Source: Botryllus schlosseri (Eukaryota). Taken from it: 64,000 bases of DNA. The stretch spans positions 2,668,001-2,732,000 of the forward strand of contig CM119373.1 in the NCBI GenBank assembly GCA_051294905.1. Direction: 5' to 3'. The translations under genes and the position numbers were made by a program. The notes under the pieces were generated by a model that saw nothing but the letters and a program-made list of their open reading frames with translations, was not told the origin of the DNA and made no database searches. This document shows positions 38,801 through 51,562 of the stretch, piece by piece (positions within the stretch are counted from its first letter, which is position 1; every line of letters begins with the position of its first letter).

Positions 38801-40093
38801 CAAACATAAACTTTATCCAAGAGAATTTCCGGCCCTTAGGCGCAGATAGGGAATGTCAACTTTGCATTTGATTCTCGTGAAAGAACCCTGTTTTATACTC
38901 GCTTAGCACCAAATCATGCCGGGAAATGAGGTTGCTCGCGTACCCCTGGGACTACACGTACCAGTTTCAGAACCCTTGCGCTACATAAATTATATTAACC
39001 TACACTTTCGTGGAAAGATGTAGGTAACTCTATATGTATATTCGCGCGAAGCATGAGGACATTCTGGACTCTTCCCGAAAACAGATCCTGAATTTCTCCA
39101 TCATGGTCTCTCCCTCTCTCCTATTAGAAATAGGATACGTAATACTACATTATGTTTGACAAACTGTGCATAGCGCAAAATTAGTGAGTCCAGAAATATA
39201 ACTCAGTCGAACTGGTAGAAATATCTATTTACTTGAGTAATTAGTGAAAATAGAGGAAGGCTACTTGAGTATTTCTATAAAGTAGAAGCGCTTCGGTAAT
39301 TACCACAAATTCGTCTTAACGCATTAAATGGAGTTTTGATGACAGTCAGCAGAAAACTCTCCTGGACTCTTCTGTAGAGGTTGTCGGTAACGAATACCCT
39401 CAACTTTTTCATAGCACTCGAGAAAATTTGGGATACTGGCACTAATTGATCAAGTGGTTATGTTTTTGGAGTAGTGGCTCCCAAAGTGAGTGCCAGCGCC
39501 GCCGGGGGGTTATCGACCGCGTAGGGGTGATATCTAAAAACCGGCGATTGGGGGCGCTGAGAACAAAAGGGGACGTTTATATGCAGCATAGAAATCAGTG
39601 TAGGAATTCCAACTATTATTATCTATATTTTCTACTAACAGACACATGAATACGTGGACACGTCATTCGCTTTTGTACTAAGCGCTTTCAATCTGAAAAT
39701 AGTCACCGACACTCTTCAAAGACGTTCATTTGCACGGAATAGTGAGTTTTCTAACCAATCTAACCATAACGGCCAAAATGTTTAGTCAGCTATGCTTATT
39801 GTAGACATGTTTGTGAACGCATGTACAACGAGTATGATGAATTTTTAAGAACTTAATGCACCGCAATGACGCACAAAGATATTTGAAAGTAATTGGCTTG
39901 CACGATTTTTTTCCTTGGTAGTGTCTGTTCTGAGATCTCGACAGAGTTACGTAACGTGTAGCGTACTGCCTATAAACTATGTTAACCTAAAAGGCCATTC
40001 GCGCTAATGTCGTTTGTGTCAGCAATCAGCAAAGCAACTTTTTGTCGATGTTAGTTGTAGGGGGCGTTTGATACCTGGAATTTTGTCCAAGGA

Positions 40094-40600
40094 AGAGAGA
40101 GAGAGAGAGTCTTTATTTTCATCCAACCAAAATACGTAACAAACGGCAGTGATGGTGGTACAGAAACTATGCATGCACAGTATTCGGTATTAGATAGGAA
40201 TGATCGATAAGACCGTGAAGGTCATCTAGCCTGATCACACCAGCATTAAACAGGTACACTTGACTCTGAACAGTCTGGCTGTAACAAATGTTTAGTTAAA
40301 AATGGAGAATAGAAGACAAATTAAACGATGGTAGCAAATGATCAATGAAGCAATGTCTGGGCGAGGTAGGGCAACAGTGTTAGTATAACGACAAGAGGTG
40401 ATCAAGTAGGTCTTTTTTGAATCTATTATAAGGCAATTCACGGATATGTGGTGGTAATGCATTCCAGATGATAGGTCCCGAGATATATCTCTTAGTTAGG
40501 TTGCTATTAGGTAGGGGTAAGTAGATTAGTGTTTTTACAAGTTTTTCAGTCACTGATGTTTTAGACTATTATAAAAATTAGATTAAAAATTTTTCAGGAA
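40094..40600 (-). mobile_element. 3' remnant of a CR1/L2-type LINE
   Basis: Minus strand translates to IYLPLPNSNLTKRYISGPIIWNALPPHIRELPYNRFKKDLLDHLLSLY*, followed by a 3' UTR ending AAAATAAAGAC(TC)n. Confidence 0.7.
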
Positions 40601-40699
40601 TTTCCTAATTCTAGAATAGTGGTTCTCAATCTGTGTGACTTCGCGACACCCTCTCAAAGGGGAAATAGTTTGGGGCACGCTATTGCACTTCGAGTACCC

Positions 40700-40915
40700 T
40701 GAGTGGCAAGTAGCGCAGTGGTACGTTGCATCATTGCAACACAAATGGGTTGCCGGTTCGCGACCGACCACGGTCGACTACCGAATCCATTGCTAAGTGT
40801 TATTGGTTTATCTAGGCTTCTCCTAGCCATCTGATCTATAAGTTGGCCGCTCAGGAATCATAATAACCAATCTCGGTCTGGTGTAACTGACCATGTCGAA
40901 ATACTATGAACTCAA
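40700..40915 (+). mobile_element. tRNA-derived SINE
   Basis: A-box-like TAGCGCAGTGG and B-box-like GGTTCGCGACC. No complete cloverleaf. Second copy at 17800-19106. Confidence 0.6.
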
Positions 40916-41234
40916 AATAACAACGACTACGACGAGTGCAAGATGTGGCTAGATGAAGACTAAACAAGAGATAGAAAACCTACGTCATGCGATTGTTTAG
41001 CCCCTGGTTCTGAGGACGCTGACTAGAAAAAGGTCCACACTTAGGCCAAACCTCAACATCACGGTGGAATTTCCCGAGATATCACTTCCCTAATGCTATT
41101 ATACGTGGAGGAGTTTGGATCCCACTGCCATTGACGATGAAGACCCCTCCATAAGTCGCTGTGTTCAAAGTGTCCTTACCTAAAATGCCACTAGAAATGA
41201 ACCCAATCAAGGACGATATCGACGAAGGCCGTTT

Positions 41235-41460
41235 CATGACTCAGTCATCAGGCATCAGCATACATGATTCAGAAACAACCGGAAGCCTGCCAACTAGAAT
41301 TTTGCCAGATTTATTATTAGCTAACGATGCCATGATTGTTTTCGGAAATCCTTTTGTTGACAAAACTTCATTCTATATATGCATACAGTAGAAAGAATTA
41401 CACCGGATAACATTATATTTGCGATAAAAAATAATCCATCATGATGACTATAAAAGAGAC
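41235..41460 (+). promoter_or_regulatory. Promoter of peptide gene copy 2 (TATA box; AP-1, kB-like and GATA motifs)
   Basis: TGACTCA at 41237, GGAAATCC at 41344, GGATAA at 41405, TATAAAA at 41449-41455. The first three are conserved with copy 1. Confidence 0.6.
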
Positions 41461-41520
41461 TCGACATATTAACCGCTCCACATAGATCAAAAGCTACGCT
41501 AGCACTGCAACGATACCAAA

Positions 41521-41586
41521 GTGAGACTGGATTGTGAATTCCATACTTTAATATTGTAATGATAACATTTATTTTAACTTCCGCAG
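41521..41586 (+). other. 66-nt intron 1 (5' UTR) of peptide gene copy 2
   Basis: AAA|GTGAGA ... TTAACTTCCGCAG|ATTCAACATG. Confidence 0.75.
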
Positions 41587-41593
41587 ATTCAAC

Positions 41594-41869
41594 ATGCAGA
41601 TGAGAACCACTCTCGTACTTCTTGTCGTAACCGGGCTTGTCCTGCAGGGTGATGGCTGGTTTTTCAGGTGGAATTGGCGCCGCCACCCCGGCAGAAGGAG
41701 GTCCGTATCCAGAACGGGTGGGGGTAGTGATTCGAAGCCTAAACCTAGAATAGAGAAGACTAATCGAAGGGATACTATGATGAATCCAAGAGATTCTACG
41801 TTATGGAAGACGAAGTCAAGTGATGCTACGACGAATCAGGAGCTAAAGGTTACTACGAAGAATGAGTAA
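41594..41869 (+). CDS. Secreted cationic (antimicrobial-like) peptide precursor, copy 2
   Basis: MQMRTTLVLLVVTGLVLQGDG|WFFRWNWRRHPGRRRSVSR... Hydrophobic signal peptide followed by a W/R-rich region. 91 aa unspliced. If GTAAGT at 41866 is spliced to 44644, the end becomes ...KNESRRRKSDKE* (TGA 44672-44674). Confidence 0.7.
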   Translation: MQMRTTLVLLVVTGLVLQGDGWFFRWNWRRHPGRRRSVSRTGGGSDSKPKPRIEKTNRRDTMMNPRDSTLWKTKSSDATTNQELKVTTKNE

Positions 41870-42389
41870 GTGTAGAAGTTACTGATGCTCAGTTAGGTAC
41901 AATTTATCTGCAACTAGCATATCTATATTCGCGACACGTATAACATCTAAATTACATATCAAACGTTGATACCGATGGCGACATCCGATTCGCACTTATG
42001 CATATCACTTCTTCACCATTCGTTTAGATTACATCATATCTTCCTCACGTAAGGTTACCGTTATGTGCAGATGTGCACATATTTAGTAGTATCATTGTTT
42101 TAGTTAATTTTACTCTTAATATATTTGTAATTACTCTAATAGGATTACTCATGAGTAACCTGCTCACTTCGCACGGCTCGATATCCATGCTTGATGTCAT
42201 CTAGTGTGTTGAGGTATCGCATATATTATTCCTAAGTAATTTCAATTTAAACCATCCGTAATATGCTCAGTGCTAACATTTTTATGGTTGGATTGACACT
42301 CTTGATGCTGTGGTTGTGGATTGTACTTCGTCGATTTTCCTCCACCATTTAAATCACAATTGGGTTTAATATTATTTTGTGCTATCCAC

Positions 42390-44615
42390 TAGGGATCGTG
42401 TGAACGTTAGGTTCACGTGAGTGTTCTATGTGTGAACTAGTGTTGGGATGACTCAAGTCATGACTTGACACGAGACACCTTGACACCTTTTTCTTATGAC
42501 TTGACTTGAATCGAATCACTTAGGAAAAATGACTTGACTTGACTCGACTTTTCAGAAATGCGGATTGGCTCGTGATTCGAAGCAAAATTGACGATTCAAT
42601 TTCAAGTCATCAAGTAATCGATGTCGACTAAATCGCTGTATCTTGTAGAAGTTCGGATCGTTGACGATACGCTGTTGTGACCTCTGAGAGCAACCAATCA
42701 CTCAATGATTGTGCGTTTTACTGAGCAGTCATTGTTATATCACAAAAATGATCGCAAAAGCGGTGATCGGCGCATACAGCTCACGTTGTCGTAAACTAGT
42801 ACTACAGATCAACTAGTACTCGACTTGACTTGACTCGACTTGACTCGAGTCACATCCAAAAATCGAGTGACTTGACTTGACTCGAGTCAAAATGTGCAAT
42901 GACTCGAGTCTCGAGATGTCTCGCGACGCGAAGGTCGTGACTAGATCTGAACACTGAGGTGAAACTCATACATTTAGAAGTTCACGTTCACAAACGAACC
43001 TTGGTAGGCTTTGCACTGTGTACGTTTTTCTCGTATACTACAATTTTCACGTCATTTTAACGTATTTGGTGGAAATACTTTGCATTTCAACTTCGGACCA
43101 CACTATGCATATCGCTGGCAGTATAAACATCAACACTTAACGAGCATGCACCTTGACAAGCTCGAAAATCTTACTTGTTTTGTTACAAAAGTTTGCTCAA
43201 ATATTCATATCACGTTTGTGAATATGTAGTACAGTTGTTCTTAACCTTTTTTCATATGGTTACCCCCAAGAAGAAAATGACGGGATGCAAATACCCCCCT
43301 TCAAAAAATAACAAATTACAGCTTGCACTCAATTAATTGTAAGACAGCACAAAGATGGATCATAATGTACAATGAAATGCCCGTTCATAATTTCAAGTCA
43401 ATGAAAAGGCTGATGCTGTTTTCGTGTAATCTATTGGTCAAATCTGGACAAGGGGGAGAGTAATATACATTATCTCTCATGTTATTGTCATTCGCAAAAT
43501 TATTTCGTTTTGATAGATACCATTGCAGAAAATTCTACCTGACAGCAATACGTTGAAGGAAATTCAATCAAAAAGTTCAATGCCATTTTGACAAAGATTG
43601 GTGATTCATTTTGAAGGCGAGCCCAAAAGGTTCCAAACGTTTTCAGACATAATTTTACTGACTAGACTAGACCACTACTACACTTTTCAATGCTAACAAC
43701 TATATTACTACGATATTGTTACTGCATTATAGGTGTAAAGCTTAACTTAGACGTCCCTCGTTGTCTTTCAATTTGTCAGCACGCGCAATAATATATGATC
43801 CGCACTACTGCACTATAAATTGGACTTACCTACCACGATAGTTGACTGCATTCGGCCCTGTTATTCATAATCATTAATGGTTACTATGAAACTATGTTAC
43901 GTGAAACGAAATATAAACAAGCTCGAAAAAATATATGTTGCCCTAAATTGATATTCACGTTTGAAAATACTTCAGTGCAGCTAGGCATATGAAAAAAACG
44001 TAAATTTGAATTACCCCCAAAAATTGGTCAATTACACCTTTGCGGGAATTATCCCCAGGTTAAGAACGACTGTTAGTAAGTCACAGTTGTGAGATTCACC
44101 CGCTATCACACAACATCAAGAACGAAATCAAAAACCAAATATGTGCGATTGGTGTGTTGGGTAACTTGTTCGTGGCGCAATATCGGTAGCAGGTACAGAA
44201 ACCCGTTTGACACTCACCTCAATACGATATTGACAATATCAATGTATCAATAGTCAGATGCCGAGCACGTTTTCCGGACAGGCCTGGACCGTCAAGGCGT
44301 GAGCCTATATTCCCTTGCAAGTCCTCATCGAATTAGTTGCCAAAGCAACGTAAGATATTGCTTTTATGGGATTATTTTGGCATTTCCTTGCTCGAGTTGA
44401 TATTTAGCTACGTTTTAAAAATCAGCATGTAGGCCTACTTCAGCATTGTGTCTGACATAATGTGGCCTGAGTCGTCGCTATAGGTATCGTGTACACTAAA
44501 ATATCACTTCACTGAAATGTAGGGGAGGAATTGGCAATATGACGTCTCGTAATGTCTTAGGTTCACGTTCGCGTTCACACGAACCTTGACCTTTCAGGGG
44601 CTCGCACCATCCCTA
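42390..44615. mobile_element. hAT-type element (TAGGGAT TIR, GTGAAC/GTTCAC repeats) with nested elements, in putative intron 2 of copy 2
   Basis: TSD CTATCCAC/TTAGCCAC. A single CTATCCAC empty site is present in the paralog at 17028-17035. Nested elements at ~42449-42956 and ~43210-44072. Confidence 0.85.
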
Positions 44616-44815
44616 TTAGCCACCGATATTTTGTTATTTCCAGGTCCCGACGTAGGAAGTCTGACAAAGAATGAAGATTACACATTTTTAAAAGAGTGTA
44701 TGACAATATGTATACTCCAAGCAGCTCAAATTGTGTCGATCTATATGCTTACAAAAAGGTTGGCTCTGGGGCAGTGATTTTCGATCAGCGATGGCATGTG
44801 AGGCAGTCTCTAATC

Positions 44816-45891
44816 CAGGGGTGGGCAAACTACGGCCCGCGGGCCGCATGCGGCCCTCCACACTGTTCTGTGCGGCTCGCGAGAGTCTAAACAAACTTGA
44901 TAAAAATATTGATAATATGCGTATAAAAAATCGAATTATTGCTGGGGCTTGATTAAAATTTTTCTTAGTTTATTTCACCATGATAAATCTAAGGCAGTGG
45001 TTCTCAAAGTGGGGGTGTTAAAGCATCTGAAGGGGACGCGAAGCTGAGCTCATCTGATTTTTTTTCGCGCTCCGCGCGATCTACATCCCATTCCTGGTCA
45101 TTGCTCTGTATTTAGTCAGAATTTCATATTTAAAAATCTCTCATCCACAGTCGTGTACTTCCATTCCATCTAACTATCCGTTAGGTTTGATAGCATCCTA
45201 TGGTTGCGTTTTGTGATATGACGATAAGGGGGGCGCGAACTCTTTTACCGTCATATCTCAAGGCTCACGCAGTTTGAAAGGTTTTAAATGCTAAACATCA
45301 CAGAAATCCTGAACGAGGTTGACTCGGATCATTAGTGTGATTTCAGATTAGCCACTCCAGTTTTGATTAATTCAGTGATGTGCTTATAAAAAAACGATTC
45401 GCGCGTGACTTAGGTAGATTCGTTTACTGTATGCGAAGAATCAGGGTATCTATATTTTATCTACACACAGTAGAAGCGTGTTTAAAGCTAACATGGTTAT
45501 GATGCTATCAGCATTGTGTGTCCTGGAACTGATCCAAAAGTGGCATTAGTAAATCTATGAATAGATCGCTGCTCAGTGCTCAGAGATATAAATTTCAATC
45601 CTGATCTAAGAACCGAGACAACTGACTTTCATCTCTACAGTTTTGACAAATTTGTTATCGAGGTCAACCATATTAACCTATGAAATCTCGCCACTGTTTC
45701 TGACGCGTGTACGGCATCATCAAAGCAATGTTTGGATTGTTTTAAATAAGCATGTCTATTATCTCCTTGTCCTCACTATAAAATCAAATACCGATATTGC
45801 GTTTTGGCTTATGATCACAATTTTAGTGCGGCCCGCGAATGGATTCAGATGTTGAATGCGGCCCGCGAGCTCAAAAGTTTGCCCACCCCTG
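44816..45891. mobile_element. hAT/Charlie-like element (CAGGGGTGGGCAAAC TIR, GCGGCCCGC subterminal repeats)
   Basis: CAGGGGTGGGCAAACT...AGTTTGCCCACCCCTG. TSD CTCTAATC/CTCTAACC. Confidence 0.9.
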
Positions 45892-46334
45892 CTCTAACCT
45901 ATTGTCAGGTTAAGCATTTTGTGACATCACTGTGAGCTGATCACGACTCCTCAGATATGTCATTCTCAATAACATGCGATGCGATGTTCTACATCAGTGG
46001 TCGGGAACCTATGGCTCGCGAGCCATATATGGCTCTTTTGGGTATAAGATATGGCTATTTGCCGAATATGTACTTTTGTACTGAATTGATCAGTATTGCA
46101 GCGACTTGTTGGTATATTTTCATCACGGCCAATATAATTATTCTCGTGGCAGTATAAACATGTCTTTGAGAGGTAAAGACAATGCTGTCTTCAGGTTTAG
46201 GGGCTCGGACCCCCTCTTTTGAAAATGATCAAATTTAAGTAGCTGTCACACCGGCGACCAATGTCTCTCGCGAATTCTATGTACCCGACTCGAAATCTCG
46301 AATTGTGCGATACGTTGATAAATCAAAGAGCATA

Positions 46335-49300
46335 CACTGTAAAAAATCTGGTAGATTTACTGGGAAATCTCCGTAAATTTTGCAACGAATTACCGGTAGC
46401 TGCCAATAACTGTGCGTAGCTTGTAATTTTACATTTTGATATGTAATATTACCTCAAGTTAGCTCTAAAGTCAAGTTACCAGAATTTCTTCGCAAAATTA
46501 CAGACAGTTACTCGTTTCTGAAGTTTACCAGGCTATTGGCAAAATTGATTAGCTTGAAAATCTCTGCAGCCAATGTATACGTGGAACTGAATGTTACTGA
46601 TATCATTCTCGTGGTGATTTGACCTGATTCAACCTCGTTCGCGAGACTGGGGTCTGTCATACGGAAATTGTTGGCCCTAGTACCAATTTCAGTATAGTAC
46701 ATAGTATAGGCTTACCATATTTCGGAAATGAAAAAAGAGGACACTTTTTCAGAAATTTCAGACAAGCAAAACTGGAGAAGAATTCTAAAAAAACAGGTAA
46801 ATTTTACCCGCTTCATGATCGGATGACTAAAAAAAAAAAAAAGGTCATCACTTCCGCTCAGAGCTCAAAAACACGTTTTTCACTCCACATTGCCAGGTGG
46901 ATGACTGAAAAAAAAAAAAAAAAAAAAAAAAAGGTCTTTTTTCAGAGCTGAATTCACCCCTTTTCCCTCCGAAATACCCGCCGGAGCTTCACTTCTGCGC
47001 TAATTTGCGGCATATCACTCGCGATTTCCTCTAAATATGACCTAAATTTTCAAAATAGAGGACAAAATCTCAAAAAAGAGGACAAAAGGGCGTCCTCCGA
47101 GGACACTTTCAAAAAAGTCAAAAAAGAGGACAAATCCTCTTAAAAGAGGACGTATGGTAAGCCTAACATAGTAGGGTAAAAGAAACAACTGACAATCGTA
47201 GATATATAGCCACTATATTATAATATAAGGCTGTGGCTATCGGCCGGTCTCGCTGGTTACATTCGTTGTCACGGATAGGACTGATGAGTTGGAATATCAG
47301 TTTAGGATGTATAATATTGTTCGGGAAACTAGAAATATCAGCGCCGCATGCTAAGTTGACCAGTTGCTAATGGCGAACAAGGCGACCGCGACCTGTAATA
47401 GCTTACATTAGGTTACCGTTACGCGTTACTGATTTTCCTGAGATTCGTAGTAAACAACCAATGCATCACTGTGACATCACAAGCAGCGTCTGGTTACGTC
47501 AATACGGTAAGTAGTGACATCACATGGAATAAATATCAATTTATACGCAATTAGATGGGAAAGAAAGGGACTAGATGTAATGATAAATGTTTCTGTAAAA
47601 AAACGACTTAAATCAAACATTATAACGCAGTGGCCAGTAAATATTATTGGTGGCATGTTAGCGGATGAATACCACTTATTTTGAAATCGTTAGAGTGGCG
47701 TATCGTCGTCTGGCCATTGTAGAGATTTGATCAAAGGTGGAGCGAAGCTTGTGCTTGAAGAAAGTGGACACGATCGTTGAATGCTGATTGGGATACGCAT
47801 CGTAAAAGGTACAGTGCTACATAGTATTCGTTACCTTGAATATCTACGACTGTGCACACCACCGGGATAACTTTGATTTCATGATTGAAATATTTCATTC
47901 GCCGCATTCTCTGTTCTATTTTGGGATGTTAGTCGACCTATATACTGACCTGTGACACCACATACTCTGCCGCGGAGTAGTTGAAACTGTTGGTATGTTT
48001 ATGTCATTTTGAGCCATAGCATAGACATGTTTCCATCCACTGCTAGATTTGTTTGGTACGCATGCCACCTCAAATGAGGAACCTTTTGCTTCAATACATA
48101 AGATCAGTGGTTCTCAACCTGGGGAACGCGAGAAATTGACAAAGTCTGTATGAATTCTGACTAAACATGTGTTTCACAACCATTTTCAGAAGACGATTGT
48201 TGAAGATGAAACTTATTTCGTATTCAAGAAAGCTCGCCAAATTCAAACTCCAGCAGTCGCGCTCAACTTCATTTAAGCAAATTTGTGATATTCTTTGAAG
48301 ATTTAGAGGAATTCCCACGTGTAAGTCATTCATTACTTCATAGCTTTGGCAGTAGCCTAAAGCTCTTTGCGCTGGATAGCTGTTGTTAATAGCTGGCGAA
48401 CTGCACTGCGTAAGACAGACTTCGATGCAATATAGGTTGCTCGGTTTCGCCCTCAATTAAGCTACCCTATATCAACACAATTTGATTCAATTCAATTCCA
48501 AAACTGATCAAATTGGGCATGGCAGTACAGAACGACGCCTTGTTCTCTGTAGACACTACCAGCATTAGGGTTAGTCTCAGTGCAACCTACCTTGAAACAA
48601 ATTGATGTCCTGTCCAATGTTTTTTTGCTATTTTCAAACAAGTTTGGGGAAATTTGTCAAAAATGTTAAAGACTGGAATACGGCGTAATTCAATGGCGTA
48701 AGACATAAGATCAGGGATAGGCAACCTGCTGCCGTAGATGGGAATTTGTGCGGCCGCCAACACCTAATTCAATTAGTATGTGTTAGCATCCGTCGACATG
48801 CAAATTGAAATTACTAATTCACTCCCGATTTTTTTAGAGATTTTAATTATTCTTGAAATTTTCTTCGCGCTCCACGCAATTCAACATAACTTAATTTTTC
48901 GATTTTAATATAGTAGCGCCCTTCTAAATCTGACCAGGAATTAGAATCGTGTGCTCCTCACGAAAGAATTTTTTTATGGTACATTTGGGCGATTTCAATA
49001 TATTTCCACTACCGATACGCTGGACAATCCTGATCGGGGGTCAAGAAATAACAGCATGCAATAAAGTGCATGGTGAAGTAGGTCATGAATCTCTACTATA
49101 TCATGTAAAAGGCGGAGCCGTCACCACACAATGTATCAGTACCGGGACTTCAAAAATTGTTATATTTTTGTTCCCTCTTTGTCTTAGTAGTCTTTATAAT
49201 GTCATGTCTAGGTTAGGAACTTTGCTTATTATAGTGACTTCCGCATGAATTCTTTTTAGTGGAGCTGCAAGATACTCTACACAGAAGGGATGAGGGCGAG

Positions 49301-49804
49301 AAAGAGAAACAATTGGAAGTTTGGCCGATGGTGGGAGACCACTCGTGTTACTGCATGTCTCCTAAAGAAGAATTAGACCTCCAGCAGCAATACTTTTCCA
49401 TCGATAATCTTCTCATCGTGAATCATGAATGAATATACAGTTTGTTCCAATCTCGTTTTGGGGCTGTGAAGAAGCTTTTGCGATATTTTAGCATCAGGTT
49501 GTTTTGCGATAGGTATCGGTTGTACGTAAATTTACAAGCTGGTATGTAATCCTGATTTACACAGACAGCATGTATGTAGGTAGGCGGTAAAATTACAGTC
49601 TGAGTGGCAAATATACAGGATAAATGTAGATTGGATATACCGGAGGTGACTGTAACATTACAGTCTGGCGTGTAAAGTGAGATTACCGGACGAATGTAAG
49701 TTCAATTTACATTGACTAACGGTAATGTTAAATTACCACGAAATGTCTGGCTACCGTGCTTCCAAACATTTCGCGGTAAATCGAGGTTTTTATTTTTTAC
49801 AGTG
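46335..49804. mobile_element. Non-autonomous EnSpm/CACTA-like element with nested insertions
   Basis: TIR CACTGTAAAAAA / TTTTTTACAGTG with flanking TA on both sides. GTAA-N-TTAC palindromic subterminal repeats at 46345-46510 and 49520-49790. Confidence 0.75.
46707..47165. mobile_element. Young hAT-type MITE (TAGGCTTACCATA TIR)
   Basis: Perfect TIRs. Perfect TSD ACATAGTA at 46699-46706 and 47166-47173. Confidence 0.92.
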
Positions 49805-50600
49805 TAGCAGACATGGGGACGTCCATTTCAAAGCGCAGTTTTCAAATACAAATTGTCTTGCTGATCTACGGCGTAAAATGAACTGTTGTGGATGTGACAT
49901 TCACAATTACAAACTCGAATTACAAACAACACCATAGCTATCCCCACGTTCTTGATTGGTAAGTATATCTCTGTGTAGTGCCGGCGATAAAATGTATGCG
50001 TGTAGCGCAACGTTATGTTACCGCCGAATACTTTGGGAATTGAGAAGTCGTTAAGTGTTTAGATTTTCGGAATCAGTCAGACTGTCACATTCGATTAATA
50101 TCAGTTATAATAAATTCTAAGCTACTTATACGATGAATTGTGTATCAATGGTGAGGCTTGGCCCGTCTGTGCCTTACCTCTCGTTTCGGGCTTTATTTTC
50201 GATCAATAAATATCAGTTTTTACAGAGGAAATATGGCGTATACGAGGAATCCCATGTATAGTGAGTTCAAATTAGTGATATCATGATGTCACGAATTTTC
50301 AATTGTGACGTAACGGTTGATTGTCATGTATGGCTCTTTGGGAATTGAGATGAAAAAATAGGGCTAATATGGCTCTTCGGACAAAAAAGGTTCCCGACCA
50401 CTGTTCTACATGTTTCGTATGCTGCAATACGATCAATTGGCGTTTCAAAGCTTCCATGGTGGAAAATATTGTCGAACATATTCTTTTCGTTAAATTAACT
50501 CTTATTAGCAAAAAGCATATAACTCGTATTACATCTTCTCTCACTATTGGATTAGAATCATTGTGCACAACACTACATAACGGCGCCTTTCCTCCAAGTA

Positions 50601-51562
50601 GGGGAGATGTGGTACCGATGGATCACTGGGACCGAAAATACTTTGAAAATTCTCTATGATAATTCCATGATTACACTCCGTGAACTTGTCTACCATTGCA
50701 TGCTGGCAAAATCTTTCCTCACATACAAAAAAATTCGACGTGCGCCAGGTATAAGGTCTCTCACAGATGATTTTTGTTTTGGGGGGTTTAAACTAAATTT
50801 AGATCGACATATACATTTTTATTTGTAACCTTGAACACGAACAAACCAGCAATCATTTTTATTGTGAAGTGTAGGGCTTGTATCAGGATATATAATGGCA
50901 CCTATTATTTTTTTTCAGTACTTTCCTTGAGTAGACTTTTTTCGATTCATGTATAAAATTCGTAGGGTGGGGACCGATGATACAATAGCCAAATCAAGCA
51001 AAATAATCAAGCATACTAATTATGAAATAAATGAAACATGCCTACGTACAGAAAATCTTTATGTAATAATTGCATATGATGTTTTATCGCAATAACGAGG
51101 TATTTGGAAGTCACACTGTCGATTTTCGGGCAATATGTATGTACCCTCAAATTTATAAGTCCGAGCCTAAATCGAAACGTGATTTTATGACAACATTTGA
51201 GTTAATATTTATTCTATTTTTGGACAGTTGCGACCAAACATTCTTCTTTGGCTTGCTGTAGCTTAGATTATAATACTGACCAAGAAAAGTAGTCACATTT
51301 GAGTTTTTTAGGGTATCTGTGTCATAGGTCCCGGAGTCGTGTGCCATTGGACCCACCGGGTGGGGACCGATGACACGTTCGAGCAACAAATTTTGAACGT
51401 CCATAAATATTTTTGGAAAAGACGGATATTCATGTAGATGTGAGCGATAGGTAGAGCTTGTATCAAAGTAATGAGCCAGCAAAAGATCTGCTGTTTTCGG
51501 CTGAACATTTCAGGGCCAGCGATCATTTTCCAATTTTTGATCCATCGGTACCACATCTCATC
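50601..51562. mobile_element. TIR element flanked by TA
   Basis: GAGATGTGGTACCGATGGATCA / TGATCCATCGGTACCACATCTC inverted ends. Internal GGGGACCGATGA repeats. Confidence 0.7.

Noticed and set aside
40700..40780. tRNA gene
   Set aside because: A/B boxes are present but there is no convincing cloverleaf, and the sequence continues into a shared non-tRNA body seen also at 17800-17930. Interpreted as a SINE.
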